From Chloroflexota bacterium (GTDB lineage: Bacteria; Chloroflexota; Dehalococcoidia; SM23-28-2; RBG-16-64-32), in the NCBI GenBank assembly GCA_022574655.1, contig JACZRQ010000001.1:6214-70213 (forward strand): a stretch of DNA of 64,000 nucleotides. Direction: 5' to 3'. A program made the position numbers and the translations under genes. The number at the start of each line of letters is the position of its first letter. Within the stretch, counting starts at the first letter, position 1. The notes beneath the pieces were generated by a model. The model had not been told where the DNA came from. It worked only from the letters and a program-made list of their open reading frames with translations, and did no database searches. Of the stretch, positions 58,800-64,000 are shown piece after piece.

Positions 58800-60503
58800 C
58801 TACTCGACACGATACTGGTTTGCGATCGGCGGGCGCCAGTCGCGGCCGAAGGAGCGCGGCGTGATCTTGACGCCGGGCGGCGCCTGGCGGCGCTTGTACT
58901 CGTTGCGGTCCACCATGCGAACAACGTTCAACACCATCTCGCGGTCGTATCCTAGCTCGACGATCTCGGGGACGCTCTTGTCACCCTCGACGTAGGCCTC
59001 GAGAATCGCGTCCAGAACATCGTATGGCGGCAGCGTGTCCTGATCGAGCTGGTCGGGCTTCAGCTCGGCGGAGGGTGGTTTCGTGAGCACCGACTCCGGG
59101 ATCACCGGCGCGTCGCCGAGCGAGTTCCGATAGCGGCAGAGGTCGTAGACCATCGTCTTCGGCACGTCCTTGATCACGGCGTACCCGCCCGACATGTCGC
59201 CGTACAGCGTCGCATAGCCGGTGGCGAACTCGCTCTTGTTACCGGTGGTGAGGACGATCCGGCCGAGCTTATTCGACAGCGCCATGATGATGTTGCCGCG
59301 GATCCGCGACTGGACGTTCTCTTCGGCGACTCCCGACTCAGGGCTGCCGCCCAGCTTCTCGAACGGCGTTTCGAGCATGCCCAGGTAGGCGGCGTGCGCC
59401 GGTTCGATTGGCACGATGATCAGTTCGATGCCAAGGTTGTGGGCCAGCGCCTTCGCGTCGGCGATGCTTCCCTCGGACGAATAGCGGGACGGCATCCCAA
59501 CGCAAACGACGTTCCCGGCGCCGATGGCGTCGGCAGCGACGGTTGCGACGAGGCTCGAGTCGATGCCGCCGGACAGCGCGACCAACGCCTTGCCGAAGCC
59601 GGTCTTGCGAAGGTAGTCGCGGGTCCCGAGCACGAGCGCCGAATACACCTCCGCCTCCGCCGATAGCTCGGGCGCGATCCGTGGCTCGAGCGGCGGTTTG
59701 TCGCCGCGCGAGGGCGCGGCGCTGACCTGTACACGAGTCACACGATCATTGGCCGTTGGTTTGCGATCGTCGATCTTGAGGTCGCAGACGAGAAGCTCCT
59801 CCTCGAAGGCGGCGGCGCGGGCGATCAACTCGCCGTTCGGGTCGAGCACCATCGACCCGCCGTCGAAGACGAGTTCGTCCTGGCCGCCGAGCAGGTTCGT
59901 GTAGCAGATGAACACGCCGTAGGCGCGCGCCCGCTCGGCGAGCATCTCCTGACGGTCGCGGCGCTTGCCGGCGTGGAACGGCGACCCGTTGATGTTGATG
60001 ATCACGCCGGCGCCAGCGGCGGCCTGCGATGCGGTGGGATCGCCCGGATACCAGATGTCCTCGCAGACGTTGACGCCTATGTCGACGCCAGCGATCTCGC
60101 AGACCGGGAGGTCAGCGCCGGCGCGGAAGTAGCGCAGCTCGTCGAAGACGCCGTAGTTGGGCAGTCGCTGCTTGTGGTAGACGGATGCGAGCTTCCCGCC
60201 GTGGATGACGGCGGCGGCGTTGTACACACCGTTCTCGTCGCGGTCGGCGAAGCCGACAACGGCTGTGATGCCATGCGAGCCATCGACGATCGCGTCCAGT
60301 GCACGGAGGTTGGCGTCGATGAAGGCGGGGCGCAGCAGGAGGTCTTCCGGCGGGTAGCCGGTGACCGCGAGTTCCGGGAACGAGACGACGTCAACGCCGA
60401 GGTCTCGCGCACGGGCGACGTAGACGAGGATCTTCTCGACGTTGCCATCGAGGTCCCCGACGATGAGGTTGATCTGCGCGAGGCCGACTCTAAGGATGGT
60501 CAT
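58800..60503 (-). CDS. nadE: glutamine-dependent NAD+ synthetase
   Basis: An N-terminal nitrilase/CN-hydrolase domain (LRVGLAQINLIVGDLDGN...SFPEL) is joined to a C-terminal NAD synthetase PP-loop (VALSGGIDSS). The start is taken at the ATG at 60503 (MTILRVG); the ORF extends to 60605. Confidence 0.85.
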   Translation of the reverse strand: MTILRVGLAQINLIVGDLDGNVEKILVYVARARDLGVDVVSFPELAVTGYPPEDLLLRPAFIDANLRALDAIVDGSHGITAVVGFADRDENGVYNAAAVIHGGKLASVYHKQRLPNYGVFDELRYFRAGADLPVCEIAGVDIGVNVCEDIWYPGDPTASQAAAGAGVIININGSPFHAGKRRDRQEMLAERARAYGVFICYTNLLGGQDELVFDGGSMVLDPNGELIARAAAFEEELLVCDLKIDDRKPTANDRVTRVQVSAAPSRGDKPPLEPRIAPELSAEAEVYSALVLGTRDYLRKTGFGKALVALSGGIDSSLVATVAADAIGAGNVVCVGMPSRYSSEGSIADAKALAHNLGIELIIVPIEPAHAAYLGMLETPFEKLGGSPESGVAEENVQSRIRGNIIMALSNKLGRIVLTTGNKSEFATGYATLYGDMSGGYAVIKDVPKTMVYDLCRYRNSLGDAPVIPESVLTKPPSAELKPDQLDQDTLPPYDVLDAILEAYVEGDKSVPEIVELGYDREMVLNVVRMVDRNEYKRRQAPPGVKITPRSFGRDWRPPIANQYRVE

Positions 60504-60585
60504 TTGGATTGGGTACGATGTTAGTGTATCAGCTACACTTACTCGATTCGCCGTGCGCAGCTTACGAGGGTACGAGGCCAGAGTA

Positions 60586-61119
60586 TCAAATCGTCTTGGG
60601 GGCAATCGTCGAAATGCGCTGAAGAAGCTCCGTGATGTATCCCAAGGTGTCGTTCATTTCCGGATAGTAGCCGCTCGGATGTGCGCACTCGTTTCTCTTG
60701 TTGAGCAGTCCCTGTAGAGCCTTCTTCTGATTCTTCGTGGCGAGCTTCAGTGGTTGTGTCAGTTCAAGAATATGATACTCAGTTTGGTACTCCCGAAGCT
60801 CTTCCACGGAGCTGGCTCGCCATTTCGGTCTAAGCGCTCTCACCATTGCCAATCCATCAACCGACAGTTTTTCCTCAAGAAAGTCCATGAACGCCGCCCA
60901 AGCCATAACGTGAGCGGCTCTAAACAATCCGTTCTCAACGCAGCGCAGTGCCTGACGCATGAGATCATCCTGCTTCAGGCTTAGGACGGTAAGCTTCGAA
61001 TACGTATCGGTAAGCAGAACGATCCGCGAGGCAGCACTCTCATGCACCGATAGAATAACGTGGGCTTCTTTCTCGAAGGCCTTGGCTCTAGCGATCCAAT
61101 CGTGGCCACCCCGGATCAT
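60586..61119 (-). CDS. hypothetical all-alpha protein with a C-terminal R-x4-H motif (HEPN-like; candidate RNase toxin/effector)
   Basis: 177 aa. It has an ATG start 9 nt after the stop of the upstream gene. The motif KRNECAH (R142..H147) sits at the start of the last predicted helix, as in HEPN. Local GC is about 45-54% against about 64% for the window. Confidence 0.55.
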   Translation of the reverse strand: MIRGGHDWIARAKAFEKEAHVILSVHESAASRIVLLTDTYSKLTVLSLKQDDLMRQALRCVENGLFRAAHVMAWAAFMDFLEEKLSVDGLAMVRALRPKWRASSVEELREYQTEYHILELTQPLKLATKNQKKALQGLLNKRNECAHPSGYYPEMNDTLGYITELLQRISTIAPKTI

Positions 61120-61128
61120 GTGTCTTGC

Positions 61129-61764
61129 CTACAGTCCCAGATGCTTTTTCATCGACGCGAACAGTTTGTCGTACACGGATGCGTCGTCTGTTGGAGGAAG
61201 CTGAAGCTGGATATTGAGGTTGATGGTTAGACCGCCACCTTTCGCGGGCACCTCTACTATCTGCTTGATGACCTTTGGCTCCAGGTTCGTAGAGCCATCC
61301 AGAGGCTCCTGTTTAGTAGAGCCGTCCGCGGCCTCGACTGCGTTGCCCGCGAAGTCACCGAGACCACAAAGCGTCTTGAAGGTTCCAACGACCTGTGTGA
61401 CCGCGCCAGCGGCAAGGGAGGTCTGACCGGAAAAGTAATTGCGGAGAGCTTCGGTGTCTTTTCTATCCGCGTCTGGATACGTCCCGAAGAGACCACTGTA
61501 TGCGCCTCTGATGGCTTGAGCTAGCACCATCCGTGCCTGCGTTTTGTCACGATAGGCCTTCCATGGCTCGGTGGGTACACCTGACGGATCCAGAAAACCG
61601 ATGAACCTCAAGATCGGGATTATCTTTCGGTCATTTTTACTCTTGAACCCGACTGATTCGAGATACTTCCGAGTCAGCTTGTCGGGAACTCCACCACTTT
61701 GAATGTAGTCGAAAAACTTCTTTAGGTTTCCAACGTTGGGCATGTACGGATAATCAGCCATCAC
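61129..61764 (-). CDS. hypothetical protein, partner of the HEPN-like gene
   Basis: 211 aa with a strong RBS AAGGAGG. The N-terminal pattern YPYMPNVGNLKKFFDYIQSGGVPDKLTRKYLESVGF...IIPILRFIGFLDPSGVPTEPW recalls, from memory and unverified, an uncharacterised DUF family. It has a Gly/Ala-rich middle and reduced GC. Confidence 0.5.
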   Translation of the reverse strand: MMADYPYMPNVGNLKKFFDYIQSGGVPDKLTRKYLESVGFKSKNDRKIIPILRFIGFLDPSGVPTEPWKAYRDKTQARMVLAQAIRGAYSGLFGTYPDADRKDTEALRNYFSGQTSLAAGAVTQVVGTFKTLCGLGDFAGNAVEAADGSTKQEPLDGSTNLEPKVIKQIVEVPAKGGGLTINLNIQLQLPPTDDASVYDKLFASMKKHLGL

Positions 61765-61952
61765 AACCTCCTTCGATCATCTTTCAAACCATAGACTCTA
61801 CAGCAAGCTTGGCGAACCGCCAACGCCAGAATGGCACTCCGGAAATCATCACCACTCGAGAGTAAGTACGACTTACCCGCTGGAGAGGTTCCGAGACCGC
61901 TTTAGCACACCGAACGCTTGACCCTCGTGCCGCTGCACGGGAACCTAGAACC

Positions 61953-62903
61953 GTGCAATCACCCGCTGCCCCGCCCCGTACCGCCGTAGCCGCTGAGGCC
62001 GTGGACGTGACGTTCTCCTACGAGAATCGTCAGGCGTTGAACGGACTCTCCCTGAGCGTCGCCGCCGGTTCGATTTTTGGTCTGCTGGGGCCGAACGGGT
62101 CGGGGAAGACAACGTTGCTCTCGCTGTTCGCCGGGCTGCGCGCGCCCGACTCCGGCAGCGTGACGGTGCTGGGCGAGACGCCCTCTACGGGCCTCCGCGC
62201 ACGCATCGGATTCGTCTTCCAGGAGTCCACACTCGATCCGCTGATGACGGTGCGTGAGGTGCTGGCGTTTCACGGAAAGCTATTCGGAATGACCGGCGCA
62301 CGAGCGCGCCAGCGCCTGGACGAGGCGTTGGAGACGGTGGCCCTTACAGATCGCGCTAACGACGCTGTGCGAACGCTCTCCGGAGGCATGCGGCGACGCC
62401 TCGAACTGGCGCGCGCCTTCCTGCCATCGCCCGAGCTGCTTCTTCTCGACGAGCCCACAGCCGGACTCGACCCAGATTCCGAGAAGGCCGTCTGGGCCTA
62501 CCTGCACGAGCGGAACGAGGAAGGCGTGACGATCATCGCCGCCACGAACAAGGTTTCGGAGGCGGACCGGCACGCCGACGCCGTGGCGTTCGTACACGAT
62601 GGGCGAATCGTGGCGCAGGGTGCGCCGCCGGAACTGAAGTCCGGACTCAAGCACGACGGTCTGTTCGTCGAAGGCGAATTCAGCGACGACGAGATATCGG
62701 AGATCAAAGCGTGGCCGGAGGTCGGAGCGCTGCGATGGTCCAGCCCGCTGCTCCACCTGACGGTCGACAGCGCCGCCACGTTCGTGCCCAAGCTCTTTCA
62801 GGCGGCGGGGGCTTCCGTTTCAGCGGTCCGGGTACACGAGGCCAGTCTCGAGGACGCCTACTTCGACGTCGTAGGCTCCGGGCTGGATGGGGACGAGCGA
62901 TGA
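61953..62903 (+). CDS. ABC transporter ATP-binding protein (ABC-2/DrrA-like exporter ATPase)
   Basis: Walker A (GPNGSGKTT), the LSGGMRRRLELARA signature and Walker B (LLLDEPTAGLD) are present. Confidence 0.85.
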   Translation: MQSPAAPPRTAVAAEAVDVTFSYENRQALNGLSLSVAAGSIFGLLGPNGSGKTTLLSLFAGLRAPDSGSVTVLGETPSTGLRARIGFVFQESTLDPLMTVREVLAFHGKLFGMTGARARQRLDEALETVALTDRANDAVRTLSGGMRRRLELARAFLPSPELLLLDEPTAGLDPDSEKAVWAYLHERNEEGVTIIAATNKVSEADRHADAVAFVHDGRIVAQGAPPELKSGLKHDGLFVEGEFSDDEISEIKAWPEVGALRWSSPLLHLTVDSAATFVPKLFQAAGASVSAVRVHEASLEDAYFDVVGSGLDGDER

Positions 62904-63691
62904 TCGCGGGCCCGCTGCTCGCCTGCCAAGCGATCCTTGTTCGCGACCTCCGCGCCGTGCTGCGTTCACGCTCGCAGCTCTACTCCTCGCTGCTGCTGCC
63001 GCTGATGTTGCTTGCGGTGCTCGGTGTCGGCATCTCGGAGGGGCTGGAACCATCGTCGTCGTCCATCCGTGACGGCGACTACACGAGCTTCCTGGTGGCC
63101 GGCCTGATCGCGATGACGGCCCTCTTTTCGTCGACGTTCTCGAGCGCGTCCTACTACCAGGACCGCGACTCAGGGCAGCTACGGGCGATGATGGCATCAC
63201 CTCATCCGCAACAGATCATCCTGCTGGGAAAATCGCTCGCCGGCGTTGCCATCGGCTCTTTGCAGGCGATCGCTCTACTTGCAATCGCTTCCGTGATTCC
63301 GGGCATCGAACTAGAGTGGCAGCACGGCGTCGTCCCGGGGATCGGCCTCGCGGTGCTCGCGGTGTTGCTTCTCGCGTTCATCCTCAACGGGTTCGCACAG
63401 CTCGTGGCGTCCCGTATCCGGACGATGCAGGGGTTCCACCTCGTGATGAACCTGCTGCTGTTCCCCCTGCTCTTTCTGTCGGGAGCGTTCTTCCCGCTGG
63501 CGGACCTGCCGGGCTGGCTCAAGGTGTTTGCGACGGTGAACCCGATTTCGTACGCCGTGGATCTGCTGCAGATCGCAGCTTACGCCGACGGCGATGGCCA
63601 CTTCGGTATCGTCATCGACTTGATCGTTCTCGGCATCCTCACACCGACGGTCTTCGCGCTCGGCATTGGCGCAAAACACCCGATCGAGTGA
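62900..63691 (+). CDS. ABC-2 type transporter permease
   Basis: The start is taken at the ATG at 62900, overlapping the ATPase stop (ATGA). It has 6 TM helices in the ABC-2 family pattern. Confidence 0.75.
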   Translation: MIAGPLLACQAILVRDLRAVLRSRSQLYSSLLLPLMLLAVLGVGISEGLEPSSSSIRDGDYTSFLVAGLIAMTALFSSTFSSASYYQDRDSGQLRAMMASPHPQQIILLGKSLAGVAIGSLQAIALLAIASVIPGIELEWQHGVVPGIGLAVLAVLLLAFILNGFAQLVASRIRTMQGFHLVMNLLLFPLLFLSGAFFPLADLPGWLKVFATVNPISYAVDLLQIAAYADGDGHFGIVIDLIVLGILTPTVFALGIGAKHPIE

Positions 63692-63806
63692 TGGGGTGCT
63701 ATTTTGCTTGACGCTCCGCCGGACTTTGTGATACCTGTTACGAACAGAATGCCACAGGTCTGTTACAGCAGGGAACGGACGTAGTTGACTCGATAGGTAT
63801 CACCAA

Positions 63807-64000
63807 ATGGAATACATTCAGACTGTCCTATTTCAGGTAGCTACCGCGGGCCTCGAACGAGCCACGGCAGCGGGCGGGCTCATCCCTGAGCTGGACGAGC
63901 ACCGCAAGTTCCTGAAGCAGCAGGCGGGCTTCGAGGACATGCGAGTTACACGCTCGATCAACCCCGAAGGCAACATCCTCATCATGGTCGAGACACGCTG
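63807..64000 (+). CDS. partial CDS (5' end) of an unknown protein, running off the window end
   Basis: The ATG at 63807 opens MEYIQTVLFQVATAGLERATAAGGLIPELDEHRKFLKQQAGFEDMRVTRSINPEGNILIMVETR..., which is still open at 64000. It resembles small dimeric alpha+beta-barrel (ABM-like) stress proteins, but this is uncertain. Confidence 0.35.
   Translation, partial: MEYIQTVLFQVATAGLERATAAGGLIPELDEHRKFLKQQAGFEDMRVTRSINPEGNILIMVETR

Overview
This is a high-GC (~64%) bacterial chromosomal segment, gene-dense and mostly core metabolism; the lineage cannot be assigned without a search. It contains recG-degV-yloV/rpmB synteny, rpe, and an arginine biosynthesis cluster (argC-argJ-argB-argD-argG-HAD-argH, with no argF or argR). 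Other recognisable genes include a MacB-type ABC transporter whose ATPase carries a C-terminal YHS domain, nth, a class A beta-lactamase-like lipoprotein, lemA-htpX, a ROK kinase, ridA, an orphan groEL with a perfect CIRCE element, and gltBD. There is a TldD / aldolase-SDR / PmbA trio, an ECF-sigma / ZAS-anti-sigma / zur / znuACB co-directional block, a redox and DinB-rich stretch, metF, iscA, two HAD paralogs and nadE. The most interesting items are: (1) a two-gene, clearly lower-GC cassette at 60586..61764, a HEPN-like R-x4-H protein plus an uncharacterised partner, wedged upstream of nadE and a candidate undescribed defence or toxin-antitoxin module; (2) a selenophosphate synthetase SelD encoded with an in-frame UGA (Sec) and downstream SECIS-like hairpins; (3) a canonical intrinsic terminator placed 12 nt before the argC start codon and preceded by an Arg-rich mini-ORF, i.e. 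a possible attenuator of the arg operon; (4) a cell-surface protein built from eight ~50-aa tandem repeats that each carry an H-C-x-D-x-x-C motif.
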